DNA of 64,000 bases from Rikenellaceae bacterium (GTDB lineage Bacteria > Bacteroidota > Bacteroidia > Bacteroidales > Rikenellaceae): positions 1,947 through 65,946 of the forward strand of contig SUZS01000006.1 of NCBI GenBank assembly GCA_015059785.1, given 5' to 3'. The translations under genes were made by a program, and so were the position numbers. Positions 8,173-17,158 of the stretch are shown here, piece after piece. The stretch's first letter is position 1. Each line of letters opens with the position of its first letter. Below the pieces are notes generated by a model, which saw only the letters and a program-made list of their open reading frames with translations, was not told the origin of the DNA and ran no database searches.

Positions 8173-9983
8173 AGTGTATCTATAAGCGACATCTGACACT
8201 TTTTGCAGTCAAATGCAAGTTTATATCTCTTTCGTCCGCGCTCAAGGTAGAGCTCGCCAGTAATTGTCGGCTTACGGAGCAAGCACTGCCCTATCTCGCG
8301 GCGTATGCAGTAGTCAGTAACCATAACCCTACGGCCCACAGTTGACGGCTCTATATCCAATCCACTGGCAATACTCTGAACGCCATGCTGAGCATAAAAC
8401 TCTCGCGCAACAGCATTTGTGACATTATCCTGCTCGGTAAGCTCGGCGCGCGGATATAGTGCATCCATTCGCTCCTCAAAGCCCTTGCCGCGGCTATGCG
8501 CTGCCACTCTTTCACTCTCCAAAGCGGCGAGAAGCTCCCTGCGAAGCGTAGCAACAACAGAGGCGGGCACAAACCTTACCGCGGAGACATCTACGCGCAC
8601 AACATCAAAAATTGTCTGACCACTCTTTGACATCTGCTCAACGACAACCGCTTTCATCTTCTCAGCATTTTTAGCCTCGTCGGTAGCTATCTCCATAGTT
8701 ACACTCGCGCTAATACCTTGACTATCCGTAGCCGTAGCGGTAATACTACTCTCTGTAAAAACAACCTCAACGCTCGCCTCAATAGCCCTACGGATGCGGC
8801 TACGCTCAACGGCAGCAGAAAATAGTCTATCAAAATTTCTATACAGCTCCGTGCCAACCTTAATGCCCTCAATGCGGTTAGGAGTTATCCACTGCCCCTC
8901 AACGGCATTTATGTTCGTACCCACAGCCTCGCCCCCAGTGATAAAGCAGACACCATCGCCCGTAGACAACCTTAGAGTGCTATCAACCGTAAAGCGGTTA
9001 CCCACTACCTTTGTCACGCGACCAATGTGCTCGCCAAGAGCCTTAGGCGTGTCAAAAGAGGCTACGCCCGCCCGCTTGCCGTCAAAGAGGTATGTTCCAC
9101 CGCCACGAGTGAAGCTCTTGGCGGTATTTGGTTCAAACTCTATATGCGAGACTCCCACCGAGGCGCGGCGGCAATCTGTTCTGAGGGCTATCTGCTCGTC
9201 TAACAGGCGGCGATAGTGACTCACAACATTGCGAAGGTATACCCTATCCTTCAGTCGGCCCTCAACCTTAAACGAGTTTACGCCCGCATCAAGCATCTGG
9301 CCTATACGCTGCGAAAGGTCAAGGTCGGTAACCGATAGCAGGTGTTTACCCTTTATATATATCGTTCCCTTTCCGTCTGTAAGGTCATAAGGGAGTCGGC
9401 ACGGCTGGCTACACTGACCTCGGTTACCACTTCGCTCGCTCATTGAGCGCGACAAGAAGCATCTACCGCTATGGCAGACGCATATTGCCCCGTGAACAAA
9501 TGCCTCAATCTCTATATTAGTCTGACTGCAAATCTTCTCAATATCCGCTCCCGAGAGGTTACGCTCCAGAATTGCGCGTTCAAAGCCCACATCCTCAAAA
9601 AAGCGCACCTGCTCCACTGTAGAGCAAGCGGTCTGGGTAGAGGCGTGCAGAGGGAGATCAAGCCCCATACGGCAGTATGCCATATCCTGCACAATAAGCG
9701 CATCCACCCCCGCAGCAACAAGAGCCTCAGCTTGAGCCTTAGCAGCCTGCAGTTCATCGTCAAAAATCAGGGTATTGAGCGTAGCGTAGACCTTAACGCC
9801 ATATCGGTGTGCATACTCTGCGGCCGTAGCGATATCCTCAACAGAGTTTGTTGCGGCGTGGCGAGCACCAAACTGCGCCGCACCGATATATACAGCATCC
9901 GCTCCACAATCAACTGCATCGACAGCCGACTGCAGCTCTTTTGCAGGTGCAAGCAACTCAATATTTCGTACTCTAACACTCAT
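8169..9983 (-). CDS. U32 family protein, long RlhA-like form (probable rRNA hydroxylase)
   Basis: ELLAPA, GADAVY, HASTQ, CVCHSGRC...GQCSQPCR Fe-S cysteines, SFKVEGR; start 9983 lies just downstream of a minus-strand TAACTTTG (9990-9997). Confidence 0.85.
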   Translation of the reverse strand: MSVRVRNIELLAPAKELQSAVDAVDCGADAVYIGAAQFGARHAATNSVEDIATAAEYAHRYGVKVYATLNTLIFDDELQAAKAQAEALVAAGVDALIVQDMAYCRMGLDLPLHASTQTACSTVEQVRFFEDVGFERAILERNLSGADIEKICSQTNIEIEAFVHGAICVCHSGRCFLSRSMSERSGNRGQCSQPCRLPYDLTDGKGTIYIKGKHLLSVTDLDLSQRIGQMLDAGVNSFKVEGRLKDRVYLRNVVSHYRRLLDEQIALRTDCRRASVGVSHIEFEPNTAKSFTRGGGTYLFDGKRAGVASFDTPKALGEHIGRVTKVVGNRFTVDSTLRLSTGDGVCFITGGEAVGTNINAVEGQWITPNRIEGIKVGTELYRNFDRLFSAAVERSRIRRAIEASVEVVFTESSITATATDSQGISASVTMEIATDEAKNAEKMKAVVVEQMSKSGQTIFDVVRVDVSAVRFVPASVVATLRRELLAALESERVAAHSRGKGFEERMDALYPRAELTEQDNVTNAVAREFYAQHGVQSIASGLDIEPSTVGRRVMVTDYCIRREIGQCLLRKPTITGELYLERGRKRYKLAFDCKKCQMSLIDTL

Positions 9984-10082
9984 TTGCCACAAAGTTACTA
10001 ATTTATTGGCACGATTTGGCACAATGACACAATTTTTTGTTAATTTTGCAGAATATTACGAGAATTTCAAAAAAGACACGAT

Positions 10083-11354
10083 ATGCTAACATTACAACAG
10101 TTGCGTGGCGACAAAGAGGCAGCTATTGCCAAGCTCGCCAAAAAGGGTGTAGATGCAGCACCTATAATTGCAAAGATTGAGGAACTTGATGACCGCCGTA
10201 AGGCACTGCAGGCAGAGCTTGATTCTTGCCTTGCCGAGCAGAACAAGGCAGCCAAGGAGATTGGCGCACTTATGGGTCAGGGCCGAAGAGAGGAGGCCGA
10301 GCAGCGCAAGGCTCAGGTAGCAGCTCTGAAGGCTCGCTCTGTAGAGCTCAGCGCACAGCACGAGGCAGTAAGCGCAGAGCTTAATGCACAGATTGTCCTT
10401 CTGCCAAACTTCCCAGCAGATATCGTTCCTGAGGGTCGCACAGCAGAGGATAACCTTGTTGTGAAGATTGACGAGAACTACTCAACCCTACCAGAGAATC
10501 CACTGCCACACTGGGAGCTTGCTCGCAAGTATGATATTATTGACTTTGACCTCGGCGTAAAGCTCACTGGCGCAGGTTTCCCTGTATACAAGGGCAAGGG
10601 TGCAAGACTTCAGCGCGCACTGATTAACTACTTCCTCGACTACAACACCGCTGCAGGCTACCGCGAGATTGAGCCACCAGTGATGGTTAATGAGGCTTCA
10701 GGTTTCGGTACCGGTCAGCTGCCAGATAAGGAGGGTCAGATGTACCACGCTACAGCAGATAACTTCTACCTTGTTCCAACGGCAGAGGTTCCTGTAACAA
10801 ACATCTACCGCGATGTTATCCTTGACTACAAGGAGTTCCCAGTAAAGCTTACAGCTTATACTCCATGCTTCCGTCGTGAGGCTGGCTCTTATGGTAAGGA
10901 TGTTCGCGGACTAAACCGTCTGCACCAGTTTGACAAGGTTGAAATCGTACAGCTCGCCCTGCCAGAGAACTCATATGAGGCTCTGGACGGTATGGTTGCC
11001 CATGTAGAGGGTCTTGTAAAGTCACTGGGTCTGCCATATCGTATTCTGCGTCTCTGCGGTGGCGATATGTCATTCACATCTGCTCTGACATACGACTTTG
11101 AGGTATACTCTGAGGCTCAGCAGCGTTGGCTTGAGGTCTCTTCAGTATCTAACTTTGAGTCTTTCCAAGCAAACCGCCTCAAGCTCCGCTATAAGGACGA
11201 TAAGAAGAAGACACAGCTTGCTCACACCCTCAACGGCTCTTCTCTTGCCCTGCCACGCATCGTTGCAGCACTGCTTGAGAACAACCAGACTCCTGAGGGT
11301 ATCCGCATCCCTGAGGTGCTTGTTCCTTACACAGGCTTTGAGATGATTGACTAA
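10083..11354 (+). CDS. serS: Serine--tRNA ligase
   Basis: N-terminal coiled coil; PTAEVP, FRREAG, GLNRLHQFDKVE, HTLNGS class II motifs. Confidence 0.97.
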   Translation: MLTLQQLRGDKEAAIAKLAKKGVDAAPIIAKIEELDDRRKALQAELDSCLAEQNKAAKEIGALMGQGRREEAEQRKAQVAALKARSVELSAQHEAVSAELNAQIVLLPNFPADIVPEGRTAEDNLVVKIDENYSTLPENPLPHWELARKYDIIDFDLGVKLTGAGFPVYKGKGARLQRALINYFLDYNTAAGYREIEPPVMVNEASGFGTGQLPDKEGQMYHATADNFYLVPTAEVPVTNIYRDVILDYKEFPVKLTAYTPCFRREAGSYGKDVRGLNRLHQFDKVEIVQLALPENSYEALDGMVAHVEGLVKSLGLPYRILRLCGGDMSFTSALTYDFEVYSEAQQRWLEVSSVSNFESFQANRLKLRYKDDKKKTQLAHTLNGSSLALPRIVAALLENNQTPEGIRIPEVLVPYTGFEMID

Positions 11355-11375
11355 TAGAGTTTCTATACAACTTGT

Positions 11376-11410
11376 AAAAATGGTTGGGTAATTGCACTCA
11401 ACCATTTTTT
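11376..11410 (+). terminator. Intrinsic terminator after serS
   Basis: AAAAATGGTTGGGT/ACTCAACCATTTTT stem with T tract. Confidence 0.75.
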
Positions 11411-11425
11411 ACTCTTAACACTACG

Positions 11426-11854
11426 ATGAACACTTTTGTACCACATAGCATAGATAGCGAGGAGAGCTACGAGAGTTCGCTCCTTGGTGATGTTAAGGCG
11501 GGATTTCCTTCACCTGCAGAGAATATACACGAGAAGCTTGACCTTATAAAACTACTTGTGCGCCATAAGGCCTCTACATTTTTCTTCCGCATTAGTGGCG
11601 TATCTATGGTTGATGCGGCAATGGACGAGGGGGATATCATTATCGTAGACAGAGCCATTGACCCGTATAATGGTTGCAAGGCGGTCTGCTTTATTGATGG
11701 CGAGTATACCGTAAAGCGCGTTGAGATGGCAGATAGCAGGGTGCGCCTAATGCCCGCCAATGAATTGAATACCGCCTATAAGCCTATTGAGGTGACCCCA
11801 GAGAACAACTTTATCATCTGGGGCGTTGTAACCTACACAATCAAAAAGATGTAG
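11426..11854 (+). CDS. umuD: UmuD-like S24 autopeptidase subunit of the error-prone polymerase
   Basis: AGFPSPA cleavage motif, GVSM catalytic Ser, TVKR catalytic Lys; no HTH; real start is ATG 11426. Confidence 0.9.
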   Translation: MNTFVPHSIDSEESYESSLLGDVKAGFPSPAENIHEKLDLIKLLVRHKASTFFFRISGVSMVDAAMDEGDIIIVDRAIDPYNGCKAVCFIDGEYTVKRVEMADSRVRLMPANELNTAYKPIEVTPENNFIIWGVVTYTIKKM

Positions 11855-11857
11855 ACA

Positions 11858-13123
11858 ATGTTTGCCCTTGCCGACTGCAATAACTTCTTTGCCTCTTGTG
11901 AGCGTGTTTTCCGCCCCGACTTGCAGGGTAAGCCCATTATTGTACTCTCAAACAATGATGGCTGTGCCATTGCGCGAAGCAACGAGGCCAAGGCATTGGG
12001 CATACGAATGGGCGACCCATTTTTCAAGATTCGCGATATCGTAGAGCGTCATAATGTGGCGGTCTTTTCGGGCAATATGGCACTCTATGGCGATATGTCG
12101 CAGCGTGTGCGCTGGGTACTACAGGAGTTTGCACCGAGCATTGAGGTCTACTCTATTGATGAGGCATTTTTGGACTTGCGAGGCATGACTAACATAGACT
12201 TTGACAGTTACGCCAAGCATATCTCTGCCCAGTGCTGGAAGATGACCTCTATACCGGTCTCTGTGGGCATTGCACCGACAAAGACACTTGCCAAGATAGC
12301 CTCAAAGCTCTGCAAGCAGTACCCTAAACTGCGAGGAGGTTGCTATATGCATCGTCCTCAGGATATAGAGAAGGTATTGCGTAAATATCCGATAGAGGAT
12401 GTCTGGGGCATCGGCCGCCGAACAGTGCCTAAGCTCAAGGCGCGAGGAGTCAATACCGCCTACGACTTTACTCAACTCTCGGAGCTCCTTGTTAAATCAC
12501 TACTGGGCGTGACGGGCCTTCGCACATGGCGTGAGCTGCGGGGCGAGGCGTGCATAGAGTTTGAGGATGGCTTTGAGGCCAAGCAGTCAATATGCGTGTC
12601 GCGCAGTTTCTCGTCTGAAATCTATAACCTCAATCAGCTGCAGGAGCAGATTGCCAACTTCGCCGCAACGATGGCTGAAAAACTGCGCAAGCAGCACTCC
12701 GTAACGGCAGAGGTCGTGGTCTTTGCCTACACAAACCGCTTTAGGGAGAGTGAGCCGCAGAGATACGCCAACTCGCTTGTCTCTTTTACCACCCCTACTG
12801 CCGATGCACGCACAATTATTACCCAAGCAGTTCGCGCCACAAAGAGTATGTACCAGTCGGGCTATGGATATAAAAAGGCTGGCGTTATAGCAACGAAAAT
12901 AGGCGACGAAAATAGCGTAATGCACTCCCTTTTTGAGGATAGAGAGAGCCTTGAGCGCGAGCATAGGCTAACAACCGTGCTGGATACTATCAACTCCACA
13001 TTTGGCAAGGGCACAATAAAACTCGCCGTGCAAGGCAGCGGCAAAATCAAATCCCTGAGCGACAACCAATCGCCCCACTACACCACCCTGTGGAGCGACA
13101 TCCCAACCGTAACGGTAAAATAG
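11858..13123 (+). CDS. umuC: Y-family DNA polymerase, UmuC-like
   Basis: DCNNFFASCE, SNNDGC, YSIDEAF, TKTLAK, C-terminal SPHYTT. Confidence 0.93.
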   Translation: MFALADCNNFFASCERVFRPDLQGKPIIVLSNNDGCAIARSNEAKALGIRMGDPFFKIRDIVERHNVAVFSGNMALYGDMSQRVRWVLQEFAPSIEVYSIDEAFLDLRGMTNIDFDSYAKHISAQCWKMTSIPVSVGIAPTKTLAKIASKLCKQYPKLRGGCYMHRPQDIEKVLRKYPIEDVWGIGRRTVPKLKARGVNTAYDFTQLSELLVKSLLGVTGLRTWRELRGEACIEFEDGFEAKQSICVSRSFSSEIYNLNQLQEQIANFAATMAEKLRKQHSVTAEVVVFAYTNRFRESEPQRYANSLVSFTTPTADARTIITQAVRATKSMYQSGYGYKKAGVIATKIGDENSVMHSLFEDRESLEREHRLTTVLDTINSTFGKGTIKLAVQGSGKIKSLSDNQSPHYTTLWSDIPTVTVK

Positions 13124-13663
13124 CTATGCGCCATAGATAATTATTCCTGCGAGGGCGGAGAGGGCGATAAGGAGGATTGGATTGACCTTTTTGTGACTCG
13201 CGTAGAGGGTTAATCCAAACAAGAGCCAGCTCCAGTGGTCTATAAAGCTACTATCGCTCTGCTCTTTAGGGAAGATAAGCAGCAGGGCGGCAGCGGCAAT
13301 CATACCCACAACGACGGGGCGCATACCAGTAATAGTACCGTGAACATAGCGGTTATCCTTGAGCTTCAGAAAGAACTTTGTCAGGGCGAGCATAACCGTA
13401 AGAGCTGGCAAGCAGACCGCCACAGTAGCCACGACAGAGCCCCAGAAGCCTGCGACAGTATATCCGATATAAGTTGCCGAGTTAATAGCGATAGGGCCCG
13501 GGGTCATCTGCGAAATAGCGACAATATCTGCAAACTGCGACACGGTAATCCATCCGCGCTGCTCAACAATCTCATTTTGAATAAGCGAGAGCATTGCATA
13601 GCCACCACCAAAGCCGAAGAAGCCAATCTTAAGGTATGATATAAACAGCTGTAGGTAAATCAT
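13124..13663 (-). CDS. chrA: Short-chain chromate transporter (CHR family)
   Basis: FGFGGGYA, SQMTPGP; start 13663 with ATGA overlap. Confidence 0.88.
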   Translation of the reverse strand: MIYLQLFISYLKIGFFGFGGGYAMLSLIQNEIVEQRGWITVSQFADIVAISQMTPGPIAINSATYIGYTVAGFWGSVVATVAVCLPALTVMLALTKFFLKLKDNRYVHGTITGMRPVVVGMIAAAALLLIFPKEQSDSSFIDHWSWLLFGLTLYASHKKVNPILLIALSALAGIIIYGA

Positions 13664-14199
13664 CTGCTCTCCTCCTTTCTTGTTAGGTAGACACTCCACA
13701 CAAGACCCGCCACTGCGCCCACAACAAGCACATAGATAGGCGAAAATCCGAACCACCATATAGCCACTGCCGTAGCCGCGGCGACAGCCAATAGCCAGAT
13801 ATTCAACCCCTTAGACAGTCCGACGATAGGCGCGACAATAAGTGCCACAACAGCTGGGCGCATAGCCTTAAATGCTGAGTCCACAATCTTATTATCGCGA
13901 ATATCAGTAAAGAAAATCGCCACCAAAAGTATTATCGTAAAGGCTGGCAGCACAATACCCGCAAGTGAAGCGAGCGCACCCTTAAGGCCTGCAATGCGGT
14001 AGCCGACAAAGACCGCCGTATTAAGTGCGATAGGTCCCGGGGCAGACTGGGCAATAGTGAGCAAATCCAAAAAATCCTTGCGAGCAACCCAGCCGCGCTT
14101 ATCAATAACCTCTCGCTCAATAAGTGGCACCATAGCATATCCGCCACCAAAGGTGAAGGCTCCGATTTTAAGGAATGATATGAACAGTTGCCACAACAT
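13660..14199 (-). CDS. chrA: Short-chain chromate transporter (CHR family)
   Basis: FTFGGGYA, AQSAPGP; paired with the downstream paralogue. Confidence 0.88.
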   Translation of the reverse strand: MLWQLFISFLKIGAFTFGGGYAMVPLIEREVIDKRGWVARKDFLDLLTIAQSAPGPIALNTAVFVGYRIAGLKGALASLAGIVLPAFTIILLVAIFFTDIRDNKIVDSAFKAMRPAVVALIVAPIVGLSKGLNIWLLAVAAATAVAIWWFGFSPIYVLVVGAVAGLVWSVYLTRKEESR

Positions 14200-14201
14200 C
14201 G

Positions 14202-14912
14202 CTACAAACTATTTACTACTGCCACCATAGTTACCGCCACAACGGCAGCCGTCTCTGTTCTTAGGCGCTGGGTACCAAGGGTAATCTCCTCAAAGCCATT
14301 CTCAACGGCAAGTGCCACCTCCTCTGGCGAAAAATCCCCTTCTGGGCCGATAAGCACCAGACAATCTTCACCTGCGCGCAGTGTAGAGGCAAAATAGCTC
14401 TTACCCTTAACAGCATCACCGCAGTGGGCAATAAACTTTCGGCCTGCGAACTCTCTGGCAACCAACTCCTTAAATGGAGTCATATCCTCAAAAGCGGGAT
14501 GATAGGCCTTTAGCGACTGCTTGACAGCGGCAGTGATAACCTTCTCCTCACGCTCAGGCTTTACAACACGACGCTCCGAGTGTGCACTCTCAAGGGCGAC
14601 AAAGGTATCCACGCCTATCTCTGTTGCCTTCTCCAAAAACCACTCATATCGGTCTATATTCTTCGTTGGCGCCACTGCCATAGTAAGATTGTAGCCTCGC
14701 TTCTCAAACTCGCTCTGGCTCTGAACAACCCTTACGGTGCAGTGTTTTGCGCTATCGCTAATAACCTCGCACAGGTGCATATTTCCCCTGCCGTCAGTAA
14801 TGTGCATCGTATCTCCAACGCGCAGTCGGAGCACCTTTATAGCGTGGCGAGACTCCTCCTCAGTAAGCGTATATTCGGGCAGAGTTATTTGTGGTGCATA
14901 AAATAGTTGCAT
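14202..14912 (-). CDS. rsmE: 16S rRNA m3U1498 methyltransferase
   Basis: H..KVLR, EKATEIG, IGPEGDF, RLRTETA SPOUT motifs. Confidence 0.95.
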   Translation of the reverse strand: MQLFYAPQITLPEYTLTEEESRHAIKVLRLRVGDTMHITDGRGNMHLCEVISDSAKHCTVRVVQSQSEFEKRGYNLTMAVAPTKNIDRYEWFLEKATEIGVDTFVALESAHSERRVVKPEREEKVITAAVKQSLKAYHPAFEDMTPFKELVAREFAGRKFIAHCGDAVKGKSYFASTLRAGEDCLVLIGPEGDFSPEEVALAVENGFEEITLGTQRLRTETAAVVAVTMVAVVNSL

Positions 14913-14929
14913 AGCCTAAAAAAAATTAT

Positions 14930-14949
14930 TACTTTTGTCAGCAAAGATA
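14930..14949. promoter_or_regulatory. Adjacent opposite-strand -7 promoter elements (M3 peptidases on +, rsmE operon on -)
   Basis: TACTTTTG (+, 14930-14937) and CAAAGATA (= TATCTTTG on -, 14942-14949). Confidence 0.55.
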
Positions 14950-14965
14950 GTAATTTTTTATAGAT

Positions 14966-17152
14966 ATGAAGCGTTTAGCAGTTATATTATTGGCAATAAC
15001 GATGATTAGTTGCAACAAAGAGGCAGAACAGCTGCCAAATCCATTTTTTGAGAGTTGGGAGACTCCGTATGGCGTTCCCCCATTTAATAGTATTAAGGAC
15101 TACCACTACAAGCCAGCCTTTGAGCGTGCTATGGCCCTGCACAACGAGGAGATTGACGCCATAGTAAACTGCAAGGAGGAGCCGACTTTTGAGAACACCA
15201 TTGCCGCCATGGACCGCAGTGGCAGAATGCTCTCGGATGTCTCTAACATCTTCGGTATGATTTGCGCAGCCGAGACTAACGACACATTGCAACAGCTTGA
15301 GGGTCAGATTATGCCGCAGCTTGCAGCACACAGCGATGCTATACAGATGAACGAGGCTCTCTTTGAGCGCGTAAAGGCTGTGTACGACACTCGCAACAGC
15401 TGCGACCTTGAGGCTGACCAGATTCGCCTGACAGAGAAGATATACGACGACTTCGTGCGTAGCGGTGCACTGCTTGACAGCCAGAAGAAGGCACGACTGA
15501 TGGAGATTAACGAGGAGCTATCTGCACTATCTGTCCGCTTTGGTAGCAATGTGCTTGCCGAGAACAATAATTTCGTGATGTACCAGACCGAGAAGGATGT
15601 TGCCCAGCTGCCATCATCTGTAAAGGATGCAGCACGCCTAAAGGCAAAGGAGATGGGCAAGGAGGGCGAGTATGCCTTTACACTCCACAAGCCAAGTATG
15701 CTTCCATTCCTTACCTTCTCGCCTAACCGCGCTGCCCGCGAGGAGATTTATCGCGCCTATATCAACCGTTGCAACAATAACAACGAGTATGATAACAAGG
15801 CAATTATCAGCGACATGGTTCGTCTGCGCACCGAGAAGGCTAACCTTTTGGGTTACAAGTCTTACGCCGACTATGCCATTTCAAAGCAGATGGCAGCAAC
15901 ACCAAAGGCTGTCTATGCACTGCTTGACGAGGTGTGGGAGCCAGCCCTTGAGCGTGCAAAGGAGGAGCTTGCCGATATGGAGCGTATGTTCAAGAACGAC
16001 TACACCGAGGAGGGATACAAATTTGAGTCTTGGGACTGGTGGTACTATGCCGAGCGCGTTCGTCAGCAGAAGTATGCTCTAAATGAGGATGTTATCCGCT
16101 CATACTTCTCGCTTGACAATACTCGTCAGGGTATCTTCAACCTTGCAAACCGCCTCTTTGGCATCACTTTCCGCCCAGTAACAGTGCCTGTTTACCACAA
16201 TGAGGTCTCTGCCTTTGAGGTGCTCGATAAGGACGAGAGCCACCTTGGCATCCTCTACTTTGACTTCCACCCACGCGCAGGCAAGGGTCAGGGTGCATGG
16301 TGCGGATACTACCGCGAGCAGAGATATGAGGCCGACGGCACTCGCACAGCACCTGTAGTAGGTATTGTCTGCAACTTCACTCGCCCTACAGATAGCACTC
16401 CGTCGCTGCTCACTCTTGATGAGGTTACTACCCTATTCCACGAGTTTGGCCACGCGCTACACTTCCTCTTTACCAATGTGCGTTACAACGGACTTATCGG
16501 CGTTGAGGGCGACTTTGTAGAGCTTCCGTCACAGATTATGGAGAACTGGGCACTCACACCAGAGATGCTCCGCTCATATGCGACCCACTATCGCACGGGC
16601 GAGGTTATTCGCGACCAGTTTATCAGCCGCATACAGAATAGTGCGCTCTTCAATCAGGGTTTCAACACTACAGAGCTTGTTGCATCGGCACTGAGCGACC
16701 TTGATATCCACTCGACTGTAGAGTTTAAGGAGTTGGATGTAGATGGCTTTGAGTACAACGCCCTCTATGATAAGCGCGGTATGATTTCCCAGATTGAGCC
16801 ACGCTACCACTACACATACTTTGCACACATCTTCTCTGGCGGTTACTCTGCAGGCTACTACTTCTATATCTGGGCAGAGGTGCTTGATAAGGATGCCTTT
16901 GCAGCCTTCCGCGAGACGGGTGATCTTTTTGACCGCCGTACGGCTGACGCTCTGCGCCGCGAGATACTCTCAAAGGGTGGTTCAAAGGATGGTATGAGCC
17001 TCTACCGCGCCTTCCGTGGCAAAGACCCAGACAAGAGCGCTATGCTCAAGGGTCGCGGACTGTGGAAGGAGCCTGTAGTAGACAGCCTTAACATAGAGGT
17101 CAACGAGGCAACTATCTCCGAAATGTTAGAGATGAAGAAATCCAAAAAATAA
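14966..17152 (+). CDS. M3 family metallopeptidase (peptidyl-dipeptidase Dcp-like), lipoprotein
   Basis: Lipobox MIS-C; FHEFGHALH, DFVELPSQ, GGYSAGYY. Confidence 0.92.
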   Translation: MKRLAVILLAITMISCNKEAEQLPNPFFESWETPYGVPPFNSIKDYHYKPAFERAMALHNEEIDAIVNCKEEPTFENTIAAMDRSGRMLSDVSNIFGMICAAETNDTLQQLEGQIMPQLAAHSDAIQMNEALFERVKAVYDTRNSCDLEADQIRLTEKIYDDFVRSGALLDSQKKARLMEINEELSALSVRFGSNVLAENNNFVMYQTEKDVAQLPSSVKDAARLKAKEMGKEGEYAFTLHKPSMLPFLTFSPNRAAREEIYRAYINRCNNNNEYDNKAIISDMVRLRTEKANLLGYKSYADYAISKQMAATPKAVYALLDEVWEPALERAKEELADMERMFKNDYTEEGYKFESWDWWYYAERVRQQKYALNEDVIRSYFSLDNTRQGIFNLANRLFGITFRPVTVPVYHNEVSAFEVLDKDESHLGILYFDFHPRAGKGQGAWCGYYREQRYEADGTRTAPVVGIVCNFTRPTDSTPSLLTLDEVTTLFHEFGHALHFLFTNVRYNGLIGVEGDFVELPSQIMENWALTPEMLRSYATHYRTGEVIRDQFISRIQNSALFNQGFNTTELVASALSDLDIHSTVEFKELDVDGFEYNALYDKRGMISQIEPRYHYTYFAHIFSGGYSAGYYFYIWAEVLDKDAFAAFRETGDLFDRRTADALRREILSKGGSKDGMSLYRAFRGKDPDKSAMLKGRGLWKEPVVDSLNIEVNEATISEMLEMKKSKK

Positions 17153-17158
17153 ACAATT

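Noticed and set aside
11426-14199. umuDC plus chrA pair as a resistance transposon or ICE
   Set aside because: No transposase, integrase or terminal repeats; the chrA genes follow rsmE directly in a housekeeping operon.
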